This document shows positions 51,268 through 64,000 of a stretch of 64,000 nucleotides of DNA, in pieces. The notes beneath the pieces are model-generated. The model was not told the origin of the DNA, did no database searches, and saw nothing but the letters and a program-made list of their open reading frames with translations. The number at the start of each line of letters is the position of its first letter. The first letter of the stretch is position 1. Location: contig OZ249440.1 in assembly GCA_965235115.1 (NCBI GenBank), positions 32,304,001 through 32,368,000 of the forward strand, given 5' to 3'. This DNA comes from Laetmonice hystrix. Taxonomy: Eukaryota. Both the position numbers and the translations under genes were made by a program.

Positions 51268-54030
51268 TTAGGAAGCAGATGAAAACGAGAACGCTACATC
51301 ATCGGATTGACCAGACCTACAGGCTGTGTCAGCTACGGAGCGAGAACCACGTCCGTCCAAAGTAGTAGCGGAACGGTTGGAAGACTGACAACCAGTGCAT
51401 CCCCCACGTCTGAATACAATGATGATAACAGCAAGAACTATAATACACAAAAAGAATAACCCAACATGAGATCCAATGGACCAGTGGGGCACACACCAGC
51501 CGGCCATATTGTCGCTGTCGCTGTCATCAATTGGTTCGAGTAAATCAGTTGTCACACCGTCTACCTCTAGCCGTGGATGAAACGGCAACAATTTAGGTAC
51601 TTCCACCTTTACAAACGACAGATTAACAGTCAAGGGCAGTTCATACTGAATCACTACATCAAGATAGTAAGACCGAACACCATGCGTAGAGAAATTTACA
51701 GTATCGAGATTACAACGTGGATGAATCCACCACAATTCAGTATTATTCAGAGACAGAATGTTGATGTCTACGACGATCACACCTAAGCGTAACGGTAGTA
51801 GGACGACCACCAGGCACCACATCCCACTCATTAGAGCGTTAAGGATGAAGGGCAAGCGGTCCACTACCGGATGTAAGTTCAAGTCGACAAGCATTTGGTG
51901 TACCACTAATAATTCCTAACTCACAAGCATGCTTCTCAACATGTGAAATTATACACAGTTTAACATCAATACCCTGACACTCCTTAGCTACAAAAATATA
52001 TCGCCTTTTAGCATCTATGACAACATGATTCCTTACAATGGCTTTCGCTAAGAACTCATCAGTTTTAACCGGAAAAGAAGGAATTTCCCATTGTTCATAA
52101 ACATCATGGGAACGGCTCCATATATCAATGGAGAATATTAAACGTTGATCATTTACTTCGATCAATTTCACTGGCGAATAAACGTAGTACCAGTTAACTG
52201 GCATCGCTGAACCTCTGAGTCTCTGCAGCACTCAGGCTAAATCGTTTTTATTACAGATGAACTCAGTTAATCGACCATCGCGCACCGTCGTCACAGCGCG
52301 ACGATAATGCTCCCACTCCTCCCTGGAGTGATCGAGCGCTTTCGATACAAGATCGACCATCGTGCAGAGTTCACGGGCGATCCACAACTGTCGCAGTCTC
52401 TGCTGGAGCACGTTTTGGACACCAGAAAGTTTGTTGACACTGACCTGGAGGTACCGAGTTTCGTTAAAAAGCAGGTTGATGTCACCACGATTTTCTTTCA
52501 CATAAGTTTGTGTGGTGTTGATAACATTTAACAATCGCAATTGGTTGTGGTAGACCCTCTCAGTGGATCGTCTGGCTGCATTTATGCCGGCACTTAAAGG
52601 TGTATTTTATGGGGAAACATGACAAATCGGTATTTCAAAGAACTTTTGCTGTTTTCATGAAGAGATCCCTCATTAAAATTGCTTGGTAAACTTATCAGTT
52701 CCATTTTGCGTGAGAAATCGAAGTTTTTGAAGCCCCCTTGCTGGCTTTCTGGAAAAACAGCTCTGCCCATCGTTTGCACGTGGCTTTTGTTTACACACGT
52801 GACACGCAGAACCCTCGCGCATGCTCAGACGGTTTGTTTTGAAGCGTTTCACATGGCTTCGAACGGGAGGGATATGGCGAGTATATCGAAGCGAGGGATA
52901 TGGCGAGTATAAACGCCAAACATTTCGTGTGTACGTTTAGTTTTATAAGTCAGGAAATTGTCTGACACTCGATCGTGGTGGAAGGAATCGGGAATGCGGC
53001 TCCGTACGTACCTACCGACCGTCTCCCGTGTGTCCACCCCCACTCCCCCAACACACACAGCCTGACCGGCCGATCGTGACCTTGTCGCGTGACACTCGAC
53101 TGTCTCGAGCCAGTCTAGGTGCCACTGCCAACGACCCCGCCAACCTCACCAGCGGCCCCCTGCCTTGGTTTCCGAGATTGACTTGCTGTCTTTTCCAACT
53201 TCTGTATCTTTCTTTACTTGCCCGCTTCACCGCTGATTCCGATATGCGAGTGCAGCTGCTGAATTGTTTACAACTAAGCGAAGCACGTGACCAAGCACGA
53301 CTCTCCAACGGCAGAGGTCGCGCATGCGCGGTAGGAACTAGTTTGGCATGAGAGCACACACAGGATGTGATGCAGTACGCGATTATACGGGTTGATGGGA
53401 GGTTGTCTCCTAAATTATGGCGGGAGATGTGTAATCGGGAGAAATCTATAGGTTTGGTCGAATAGAATCTACTTGTGCTGCATACGCAGCGAAAACACGC
53501 CGGAGGACAAAATGCTGTGGTAGGATTATTTACTTGGATCCCTAGTACACGGTCATGTTGGATAATCGCCGGAAATCCTCAGAAATGTACATTTTAGCAT
53601 GCCCTTTTAAGGCGGCAACTTCTTCCTGGGTGGCCAGCCCAAAGAGAAAGCTACCAGCCTTCCCGACGAAGTCAAATAGTCCACGCTTGTTACGCGAAGT
53701 GTCATTAACTGGAAGAATAGTAAGATGCAGCAGACGCAAAGGTTGAAAAGACCAAGCAGCCGCCAGTTCAAAATAGTATTTATATTCACTGGAAGGCAGG
53801 GCACCACGTATCGCTGGGGAGTTAAATAACTGGTAAGCTTGTTGTTTCCATGCTCTAAGTGGTGGAATCGCTGGAGCATGTTGAAGTACCACCACAGTCC
53901 ATTTCTCATCAACGGGGTAAACGTCCGCTGTTTTGCGCACTAGGACACCTCCTGGTACAGCACATCGTCGAACAACATCGTGCCCTCTGGTCACGGACAC
54001 CAGACAGATGACAAAGAGAGCGTAGAACAT
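51268..54030 (-). pseudogene. env: Envelope glycoprotein (class-I fusion, baculovirus-F/errantivirus-like) of the Gypsy element
   Basis: Signal peptide MFYALFVICLVSVTRG, furin site RNKR followed by fusion peptide GLFDFVGKAGSFLFGLAT, heptad repeats, Cys-rich ectodomain, and TM VGLFFLCIIVLAVIIIVF. Disrupted by the insertion 52598-53606, an in-frame TGA at 52232 and a frameshift near 51850. Confidence 0.85.
52598..53606. mobile_element. TTAA-targeted non-coding insertion without clear TIRs (Crypton- or Kolobok-like)
   Basis: TTAA on both sides. Removing it restores the env frame AALSAGINAARRSTERVYHNQLRLL. Confidence 0.75.
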
Positions 54031-54443
54031 CGTTGTCTCTTTGTGTTTTCACCGTTCTCCTGATTCCCACCCCGTTTACGTAGGTTGTACCGGGCTGGAG
54101 AAACGTCAACAGCACGATACGAAGTTGGGTCTTCTCGTGATGTACTTGGAACCGGAGCAGCCGTACACTGACGACTGCGTGAGCCGGGCATGGATATATA
54201 TGGAGTCGAAGGAATGACGTCATCGGCACGTGGCTCCGGATGATAAAACACTCGTGCCCTCTGTCGGCGGGGTACGCGGGGTCACATCTCACGCCAGTCT
54301 GCATCACCTTCTACCTTGCGCAGCTGGTTCCGATTGTAGGTTGTCACGGGTCCAGCCCCAGTGATCGGTCGGCACCAGACCACTGGACCTCGTATCCGTG
54401 TGACTTCTTTTGGTAGGTCCCACCGAGATTCAAACGGAATCCT

Positions 54444-56620
54444 CTAATGGGCCTTAGTGATGACTCGATCCCCAACGCGGAGATCCGGTGCATTCGCCTG
54501 CCGATACTCTCGGTCCATGTAGGCACGTTTTGATGATTCGGTGTTAGCAGCGGCTTGACGCAAGGCATCAGCGGCAGTTTCAAGTCGGTTGCCCAGGGGT
54601 TCTGGGGCAGCACAGTCGGTGGCGGTCATCAACCGAGGTAACCCAATACATCGTCCATAGTGAAGGAAGGCAGGTGAGTATCCGCTGGTGTCGGAGACAG
54701 TCTGCCGGTAACCCAGCAGGGCTGTCCTTAGGTGGCATTCCCATCGGTTGTTTTGGTTATTCACCAACTTTCTGAGAATGTTTTTCAGTGTGCGGTGAAA
54801 TCGTTCCACCTTGCCATTTGTTTGGGGGTGATAAATATTCATGCGTCTGGTCTCAATTCCCCAGTTAAAACAAAAGGTTTGAACTGCTACATTAAAAAAC
54901 TCTTTACCATTGTCATGGTCCAAGATGGCGGGAGGCCCATGACGGGGAATAAAATCGCGTTCCAACACACGAATGACACTATCAGCGTTCCGATCACGAA
55001 TGGGGTAAGCCTCAGCCCAACCTGTGGCATGGTCAAGGAGGGTGACCAGGTAGTGGTTACCATCCTCTCCCATGGTCAAGGGACCAACCGTGTCAATTCC
55101 AACAATTTCATTTGGGTAGGATGCAGTCGGCATTCCTACTGGAGGAGGTCGTCCACTCCTCTCTGAGTTTACCTGACATGTGGGGCATGCACGGCAATGA
55201 GCCTTTGCGGACTGACGCTGTCCGGCCCAGGTGTAGAGCTCACGTGCTCGCTGCAGCGTTTTCTCTACACCTTGATGTCCCACATCCCGGTGACAACGAG
55301 TGATAACATTTTCGCGGAATCTTTCGGGTAGAACAAGACGAGGATAGGGCTGGTGTGGTGACAAGTTCTTTGTCGACCACAGGAGATCACCAATAATCTC
55401 AAACTGGGAGTTTTCCTCTCCCACCCTTTCCCACTCTCGCATGGCGCGCTGCTCTCGACAAATTTCCTCATGATCTAATTTATCTACGTGCCAGGGCAAA
55501 GTGTCAGTTGGATTAGCTGCAGCATCAACCCACTCAACTGTCTCAGCCACTTCCCTCTCCGTAGGAGAATAAACAGGGTTTTGAATTCTAGACAACATAT
55601 CAGCTCTAATGTTATGCTTTCCCTTCCGATGTTCAATCGGTGCTGCACACTCGGCAATGAGAGAGGCCCATCTCTGAATTTTGGTATTCTTTACTTCCCC
55701 TAAAAATAGAGATTTCAAAGGTTTGTGGTCTGTATAAATAGTGAATTTAGCACCATACAGGTAAGGCCTCAATTTGGTCAACGCAAACACAATAGCATAG
55801 GCTTCCTTTTCAATAGTGGACCATGACCTCTCGGAGCCACGAAAACTCCTTGAAGCATACTGAATCGGACGCTCTACCCCGTCCTGATCCTCTTGGACTA
55901 GGATAGCTCCAGCAGCAGCGTTGGATGCGTCCGTATACAGCTTGTAGGGCTTAGAAACATCAGGGTGAGCCATAACTGTTGAAGAAGTCAAGGACTGTTT
56001 CAACAGCTGGAAGGCCTCCTGCTGTTCCAGACCCCATGTGAATGGTTCACCTTTACAGGTTAATTTTGACAGTGGTTCCGAAATAGCAGCACAATTTGGA
56101 ATGAGTTGCCGATAATAGTTGATCATGCCGAGGAAGCGCTGAACTCCCTTCACGTCTTCAGGAGGTAACATGTTGTCTATTGCAGCTGTTTTCTGAGGAT
56201 CTGCCTGGATTCCATCCCCAGACACAATGAATCCCAGCAGGGGTAACTGCTTTTGATGGAAATGACACTTTTTCTCTTTGACGACCAAACCGTATTTGGC
56301 CAATTTCTCGAGGATGCTTCGGACATGTACTTGGTGCTCTGTCTCGGTCTTACTAAAGATAATGATATCATCCAAATACACTAGAGCATAGACGCCAAGG
56401 GCGTCATCAAGTACGAAATGCATGGCTCTTTGAAAAACAGCTGGGGCATTCTTTAAACCAAAAGGAAGGCGTATCCATTCATATAGATCACGGTGTGTGA
56501 CAAAAGCGGTCTTTGGAATATCACCCTCTGCCATAGGGATCTGCCAGTACCCACTGCGTAAGTCTATGGTCGAAAAAATGGTAGATCCCTGCAGGGCATC
56601 GAAAATATCCTGAATATGTG
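54444..56620 (-). CDS. pol: Ty3/Gypsy Pol (RT, RNase H, integrase), cut at its 5' side by the P element
   Basis: Motifs IDLRSGYWQI, LPFGLKNAP, YLDD, YTDAS, EKEAYAI, TDHKPL, HHCC finger, GIDTVGP, DNGKEF, YHPQTNGKVERFHRTLK. Confidence 0.95.
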
Positions 56621-57924
56621 CGAAGATCACGCACTAACAAGATGGGAAACTCCCCATGTACGTCATAATGCATTTATGTAGGTCGCTATCGCGATGCGCC
56701 ACCTGGCGGAATGTGTTCATCAGTCAGAGCCTAAACGTAAACAAAAGCCCACGGCGGGTGCGGTACAAACGGTTGTCCATGATCAGAGTAAGACGGCAGT
56801 TGGTCCTACTAAATTTCATTTGTATTCGTCACTATAAGTAACAAGTTGTAGGCCTAATCGTAGAATAGACAAGTGTCAAGTAGGCAGAGTCGGACACAGT
56901 CGGTGTCAGTGTCCTTGGCTTGAGGCTTGACGGTGTGAGTCAGCGCCAGCGACTCACACAAAACTAAGTCTGTTGAAGGCTGTTCATGATTCAGTCAACC
57001 AAATCATTGTTTAACTTATATTGATAAACATACTGAAATAAATGTCTTATGTGGTAGTAGTATAGACCGAAGCGTAGGTATTAAAATTAAAGATTTTTTT
57101 ATCGGACAACACTCAGCCTAGGCCCTATTGCGGTATTGGCATTTGCCAACCCCACACGGCCATCCCGCCAGGTCCAACTCCTAGCGCCGTGGCGTTAGTC
57201 CGCTCATCCCCGTAATTCCCGAGGGGGCTAGGGGGCCTTATTTAGTTATTAATTCAATTTTACTAGGGAAAACTATTAGACTTTGTGAGTCTAGCCCCCC
57301 CCCCCCCCAATAATTCAATGGAAATTAGAGAAATCAGAGAAATTATGTGGCCCCTCAATAATCTGACGAAACTGACGGGCCTGTCCGAGTTAAGATTAGA
57401 GAACTAATCGATCGATAATGTGTCATGGAACTGACGGAGGATGGATGGGACTGGGGGATTGGGACTAGGGAGTAGAGACTAATGATACCGTTTGATTAGG
57501 GCTAGGCTATAGGTGTGGAGTTGTTGATGATACTATGGGAAGGGGTAGGGGGAGGGCACTAAACATAATTTTTTCCTATGTCAGTTTAATCTAGAGTTAT
57601 TACTAGGATCTATCGACCTAAATTTTGCTAATATAATATTGTACATTATTGTAGGAGAGTCATGGAGTATAATTCTTTTTTTTCTAGAATAAGTACCGGT
57701 AGGATATTCAAAGATAAAAACGGACAATGTTAACAATGTACCGGTGGTCGTGCCATATAAAAGAGATACCACCCATGCTGCACGTGTCGAGGTTTTTTTT
57801 TTATTTCAGGTCCTAGCTATAGTCCTAGGCCCTATAGTAATATAGCCTATACAAAAAACACGATTCTGTGTTGCTTTATGAACTTTTACTTCTTACTTCT
57901 TTTTGGTAAAATGCCGTGTCCTCT

Positions 57925-58112
57925 CCCCTGCACCAGCCCTGCCCGCCCCCCTCCCCTCCTTCACCCCCTCCTGTCTGCATCCCCCTCCCGTGCCCTCGCC
58001 CCTCCCCTCCCCTCACCCCCTCCCGTCTGCATCCCCCCTGCCCTCACCCCTCCCCTGTGCTCACCCCCTCCCATCTGCATCCCCCTCCCCTGCCCTCACC
58101 CCCTCCCCTGCC
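57925..58112. repeat. C-rich minisatellite (~38-bp related units)
   Basis: CCCTCACCCCCTCCC..TCTGCATCCCCC recurs. Confidence 0.8.
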
Positions 58113-59515
58113 TGCTGACCCTGGTCACCTATGATTCGACCCATGCTCCCCACTTAAACCTGTTCTAATTTCAACATTTTACGGTTTCTTTTCCTACATT
58201 TCTGTCGCAGGCTCACACTTTGTGTTTTCAAGAACTTAAACAATTTAATTCTGATGATCAGTTTCCTCACATATTTGTCAAAGTGACTGCACTGGCTGCA
58301 CAGGGTAACCGGCAATGGAATGTCTACGACCTGGTTGAGCATTTTCTCTACAATTTTGGTATGGTGAATGTAGCACCAGATGCAGCCATCCATGATCCTG
58401 TCCACTTCCAGAATGTACTGCAAAAACAAGTCATTGGGGGACAGTAGCCCCCGTGTAGCACAGAGGAAATCATATTGCTTGTTTTTGATCAACTGATAGG
58501 GCACAGGATCGCAGTCCTGTTGGAGGATAATTCCTGAAAGACAAGCCGGGCAGAGATGAGCTTTGTCCCGTGCCTTTTTCAAGATGTACCCCGCGACGTA
58601 ATCCACTGTTTCTTTTGGAAGAATGTTTTGTAGGGCTGCCACTACATCTTTCTGTGTCACTTTTGCCTTTTTGCTCTTTTTTCTCAGGCGGGCTTGCAGG
58701 GCTGCTACTTTTGCCTTGAGGTTTCTTACCCGGGCGGTTAGCCGTCCGATAACCTTTTTAGGGGATGCAGTGTAACAATGTCAATGGTCACTGTTAACAG
58801 CTTTCTCTGAAAATAATCAAAATAAACGTTCAGAGATATTTTCATATTAAAAATGACTAAAATCATTAATTCCTTTTTCCTTTATTATTTTATTTTATTT
58901 TCTAGTTTTAACACTTACCATTAGCTTGTACATACTGTGGCACAGGAACTGTGGTGTCGACTTTCCTTTTTTTTGCTGGCACAGATCTTCTTACAAGTAC
59001 TCGTCTTTGTTGTTTTTCTGTTGTTTTTTTTGGGGGGGGGGTTGTGCATTTTACCACCGTTGGTACAGCACTCGGCAGTAGTCTTGAGGATCTGAATGTA
59101 TTAATAATAAAGAAGATTGATTGTTGTAGATTATTCTATACAGTATACTACTGTATATAGTAGGGCCTACTATATAATGTACATTAAAAATAAAATATAG
59201 ATCTAGGTTACATGAAACAAATTATATCTTCCCGAAATAAAGATAACCTTTTGGCCTAATAAATAATAGACCTTAAAAATTACCTATTATTTGGATCCAT
59301 GAAGCAGTGGTTCTCAAAATGTGCAGCGCACACTCTCCTGTGTCGCAATTGTGTTGATTTCATACCGTCCAAGTCACTCCTCCGCAAATTTATTACCCAT
59401 TTACGACATCTGAAAATATTAAAGTATACTGTAGTCCTAATAGTATAGAGTTTTAGACTTAGTAGAGTCTAACACTAACAGCTTAGGAACAAGCTCGTTC
59501 TAACTAAGCCAAGGT

Positions 59516-62500
59516 GAGTGAGTAGTGGTGGTTTTGCGCCGTGTCGGCATCCGGGGCCATATTCACGGCGAAAACAGAGTTATAAGACCATAAAATCAAA
59601 GGAACCTATTTTATCCCAGGTCCCAACGGGAACACCACCAAAACACATCTATAAAAGATTCAGAAGTCCAGCCTCTGACAAGAACTCTAAAATCACTCCT
59701 GGTCTGATATTGCTAAAAAGATCCTTAAGACTTGTCTCATTATAAAACCTTTGTCTGATGAGAGTAAAATCACCACATTCGAGTAAAAGATGCTTCAGTG
59801 TCAAAGGACACTGACAGCCATGACATTCTGGAGGTGGCTCCCCCTTCAATAAAAACACATGAGTTAATCTAGAATGACCAACTCTGCATCGAGTAAAAAC
59901 AATTTCATGCCTCCGTTGGGTTAGGCCATGATGATACCTTTGGTTTACGATGGGACTGATCTGATACAACTTATTGTTTGGCTGTTCATCCCATTCGGCC
60001 TGCCATTTCTTTTTAACATAAGCCCAGACGGTAGGCCTGAGGTCAGAGGCTGGGATTGGACACAATTCGACGTCTGTTTCAAGCGCTCTCTTGGCAGTTC
60101 TGTCGGCTTGCTCATTGCCCGGTATGCCAACATGGCCGGGCACCCAGCAAAAGTGAATATCAAAGTTTGCATTGGCAAGCACCGCCAACTTGGACAAGAT
60201 TTGGACGATAACTGGGTGATCTGTGTTCAAGTTAGCAAGTGCCTGCAGACAGGATAAGGAATCCGAGAAAATGAGGAAGTCCTTTTTGCCAGAAACTTCA
60301 ATATTTTGAAGGGCAAGAAGCAGGGCCCGGGCCTCTGCTGAGAAGATGGAACTTTGCCCTGAGATGCGGGTACCGAAGTTGTGCTTGCCATAAACTGCCG
60401 CCGCAGACACATCACTGCCATCCTTTGAGCCATCAGTATAAAAGGCATAATGAGACAGATACCTTGCCTGGACGTCAAGGAAATGGTCAAAATATGTCAG
60501 GGGATGAGTCTCAGACTTCTTCAGTTGAGTCAACTGAAGGATGACATCAGGCTTTTCTAGGTCCCAAGGAGGGATATTGCAAAAGTGTGTCTGTCCCAGG
60601 ACGTTCAGATCAACATCCAGTTCCTCTAGATGAGGTTTCACCCTCAGTCCAAAAGGACGTATGTACGTTTCCTTTCTTTCATATAAATGTTGGAACTGAG
60701 GGTGAAAAACGCAATTGTAAGCTGGATTTGAACTGTTTGTCCTGAGCTTGACTGCATACTGCAGAGCCAGCTTCAGACGCCTGTTGTAAAGCGAGGGCTC
60801 TCTGGCCTCCACATAGAGGCTCTGAACAGAAGACGTTCTAAAAGCCCCAAGTGAAAGCTGCAAACCCTGGTGGTGAACCGTGTCCAAAAGCCGTATGTAA
60901 GACTTACAAGCAGAGCCGTAAACTATGCTGCCGTAATCGAGCTTCGACCGGATTAAAGCTCTGTACAGTTGTAAAAGGACTGTACTGTCTGCCCCCCAGT
61001 TTGTGCCAGATAAAACCTTGAGAACATCCAGAGCCTTAAGGCATCTGGATTTTAGCGATTTAATGTGTGGAATAAAAGACAGCTTGCTGTCAAAAGTGAG
61101 ACCTAGAAACTTTGTCTCTTTAACAACTTTGACGGGATCTCCATCCATTGTCAACTCGGGGTCAAGATGGAAGGCACGCAGCTTGCAAAAGTGCATGCAG
61201 ACCGTTTTAGATTGAGAAAACTTAAAACCATTTTCCACCGACCAAGTATGGATTCTATTAAGACAAAGCTGGAGTTGTCTTTCAATGGCATTCATGTTTT
61301 TGCCTCTGCAGCAGACGTTAAAGTCATCAACGAACAGGCTGCAGGGCATGCCAGTTTTAACGGATATAACAATGCTGTTGATCTTAACCCTTTCAGTGCG
61401 GAGTTTCTATTATTCAATCCATTGAACGAATTTTAATTTATTTTAGAGCATTTTGACAACTTTTACATTTTCCCTTGTAGATACCTTTGCAGTAGAAGGA
61501 TCAAGATGAAATTTTCACCAGATTTGGAGAACATCCTGAGGGTCATGGAAATTATGACTTTGACTAATTTTAGGGGGGTTGGGTCTCTGGGGGGTCACCT
61601 GAACCCATTGTAACACGGTTGAACACATTTTTTTCACACAAAAAATGGTAAAAATAGTTGGGGGAAAAATAAAAACAACCTCAAAAATAGCTTTTAGGTG
61701 GGGTTATTTCAAAATATAGATGATTTCTAAATACTCTGAGGTAATTTGGGGCAAATAATTAAAAAAATAAAGATTTGGTGGATAAATGAAAAAAGTACAA
61801 TATTGTTGTTATTTTGGCATTTGAGGGGGTCCCATACATTTCCTCCACTGTGTAATGACCCCCACAGGCCATGCTGACAACAAAAAATCACGTGAGTGAT
61901 GCAGTCCTGCCCTCTAGTGAAGGTATGTGTGCAGGCAACCATAGGTCCTTGCTGTGCTGCCATCTATTGATGAGTTTATGTGTGGGCGACCAGGGGTCGC
62001 CAACCGTCTCTACGGAGAGTTTGAGCTGGGCGACCTGGGGTCGCCAGCCGCACTGAAAGGGTTAAGACTAAAAAGGGTAACAGACAAAATGCTTCCCTGA
62101 GGCACACCTAATTCTTGGTCATGCAAGTCAGAGAGGGTAGTGCCTACTCTGACTTGAAAGTGTCTGTTCGATAAAAACCGAGATATAAAAATGGGCAAAC
62201 GCCCCCTAAAACCCATATCATGCAAATCTTTTAAAATTCCGTACTTCCATGTTGTGTCGTATGCCTTTTCTAGGTCAAAAAAGACGGCAACAACATGTTC
62301 ACGGTTGATAAAAGCATCTCGGATGTATGTCTCGAGTCTAATGAGATGATCGAGAGTACTTCTCCCTCGCCGGAAGCCGCACTGAAACTCAGTGATGAGT
62401 TGCTCAGACTCCAGCTTCCAGACGAGGCGATCATTAATCATTCTCTCCATGGTTTTACACAAGCAACTTGTTAGGGCTATTGGTCTGTAATTGTTAGCTT

Positions 62501-62708
62501 CACTATGGTCTTTTCCTGGTTTTGGGATGGGAATGATTATTGCTTCTTGCCAGGAAAGTGGAATATTACCAGTTATCCAAATATCGTTGAAAATGTGGAG
62601 AAGGATGAGAAGTGTCGTGTCGGGTAAATGTTTGAGGAATTGGTAATGTATTTTATCAGGTCCAACTGCAGTGTCGTGTGATTTTTTAAGAGAGCATCTT
62701 AGTTCTTC
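59516..62708 (-). mobile_element. 5'-truncated I-group (Nimb/I-like) LINE with RT and RNase H, in THAP intron 1
   Basis: 14-bp TSD AACTAAGCCAAGGT. Motifs NYRPIALTS, QCGFR, DLEKAYD, GVPQGS, FVDD, YTDGSK, AEARA, SDSLS, WVPGHVGIPGNEQAD and a CCHC finger. 3' stem-loop and (CACT)-like tail. Confidence 0.92.
61388..62061. mobile_element. piggyBac-like MITE inside the LINE RT
   Basis: TIR CCCTTTCAGTGCGG and TTAA TSD. Removal restores LFSLKINSIV..SLFVDDF. Confidence 0.9.
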
Positions 62709-62867
62709 AACTAAGCCAAGGTAGGCTACTAACAGTATACAATAGACTACCCGCCCCCTATTAGTATTACTATTATAACTTGCAGACACAGTGCAGAGAA
62801 CTGCGCGAGTCTATCAATTTTGCCTGTTACAGTATAGCCGGCTACAGTTGAGTTAGTGGTACTGTGT

Positions 62868-63338
62868 CAGACATGGTGAAATCTTCTGAGGTTTCACCGG
62901 ACAAATGTCCGGTGAATTTCTAAAATTCACCGGACATTGGGGCAATTTAACGGACATTTACCAGACAATAACGTCAAAACTAAAGCATCTGGACATGCCC
63001 TCTTTTGGGGCTGTGGTCCAGTATGTTTGTTCTTTTTGTGGCCTGGCCTTCCCGGGCTTGGCCCCCGTTAGATTATGATAACATCATGATCTTTGACCGT
63101 GACAGATAACACCTCCGGGAAACACCAGTATTATGGGGACTTGTTTATCTTGCTTTGCTAACTGGTGATAGAACTTGTCAATTCATTGTGAAATCAGAGA
63201 AAAATTAGGGATTTTTACCACAAAGTTAGGGTACTAGATTGAAATACTGGACATTTTGTCCTGTGTTTTGCCAACATTTACCGGACATTGCGATTTTTTT
63301 CGTCATTGTCCGAAGTCCGGTGAATTTCAGCATGTCTG
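62868..63338. mobile_element. hAT-like MITE with 6-bp TSD
   Basis: TIR CAGACATG(G/C)TGAAAT, TSD CTGTGT, and subterminal CCGGACA repeats. Confidence 0.8.
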
Positions 63339-64000
63339 CTGTGTAGTGTTAGCGAGTTTAGGCCTAGCAGTTACACAACCCCTGGCTTAGCCTAGGTCTA
63401 GGGCATAGCCTGGCCCTGGCCTAGGCCCCCCTAATCCCTATGATCTATGGCCGTATGGGCCTGGCCCTAATTTAGACTATACAATACTAGTACTACTACT
63501 AGTACTACTAGTATAGGCTATAGTCTACTAAGTACTATAAAATTATAGCCTACACCAAAGCGGCTGCATAGCTTAGTCAGAGTAAGCTTAGCTCTAACTA
63601 GTGTAATTTAAATCTGACAAAATAGGTGTGGGATTGACCATTTTTTTAGCCGCCCTAGGCCTAGCCAGCTAGGGCGCTCTTATTATCGAGGCCATATCTA
63701 AGTAATCATGCAAAATACATACCTTTCTGCATCACTCGGAAACCTATGGAATGTTAGGTCGGAGTTGCCGGTGTAGTTATTGCAGTTAGGGCCTATATGC
63801 TCCCTCACCTCGCAATAACACAATAACACCTCGCCCAGACTTCCACTTCCTAGGCAAAGACGACATGCCGTCCATGATGGCACGAGCATGACGTGACAAA
63901 ACGTCCTTGTGAGTAAACACATTTCCCATGACGCTTTGCGGCTTCAAATGCGAACCGGAAGTTGCGTCACTTTCCCATCTTGTTAGTGCGTGATCTTCGA

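Larger units (their letters stand above)
58154..63830 (-). pseudogene. Spliced THAP-domain gene of the P element: exons ~63830-63723, 59409-59284, 59091-58919 and 58806-58154; transposase core missing
   Basis: GT/AG exons join in frame as C..FHRFPSDAER-CRKWVINLRR..VCAAHF-..AVPT, then a coiled coil, then directly YVAGYILKK..C..C..GLLSP (P transposase C-terminus). In-frame TGA at 58781. Confidence 0.8.
56621..63999 (-). mobile_element. P-element-family (THAP9-like) transposon, internally deleted
   Basis: 29-bp perfect TIR CGAAGATCACGCACTAACAAGATGGGAAA at 56621-56649 and 63971-63999. The last base of the window (A) is compatible with the start of an AATATGTG TSD. Confidence 0.85.

Noticed and set aside
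57878..58168. Proline-rich ORFs
   Set aside because: Translation of a C-rich minisatellite.

Overview
Eukaryotic (probably marine-invertebrate) repeat-rich DNA. No host gene is recognisable. Almost the whole 64 kb is a deeply nested pile of transposable elements, most with termini and target-site duplications (TSDs) readable directly from the sequence. From left to right: (1) a split RAG1/Transib-like transposase with an unknown upstream ORF (552-15890, -), which encloses a Helentron-type element, two CACTA-like copies, a Ginger-like MITE and a near-intact hAT; (2) an Academ-like transposase (19574-, +) hit by a full-length BEL/Pao retrotransposon with identical LTRs and followed by six tandemly duplicated, phase-compatible exons; (3) a second, fragmented Academ-like gene (37488-50087); (4) a non-coding split-direct-repeat (Ngaro/PAT-type) retroelement (42846-48713); (5) a Gypsy element carrying a class-I/F-type envelope gene (50287-56620, -); and (6) an internally deleted THAP/P element (56621-63999) holding an RT-RNase H LINE and MITEs. 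Most notable are the env-bearing Gypsy, the ORF-less split-direct-repeat element, the exon array inside a transposase, hAT-like elements with 5- and 6-bp TSDs, and paralog evidence that TAGGCCTA arises by insertion at TA. Family names come from motif recognition only; no database search was run.
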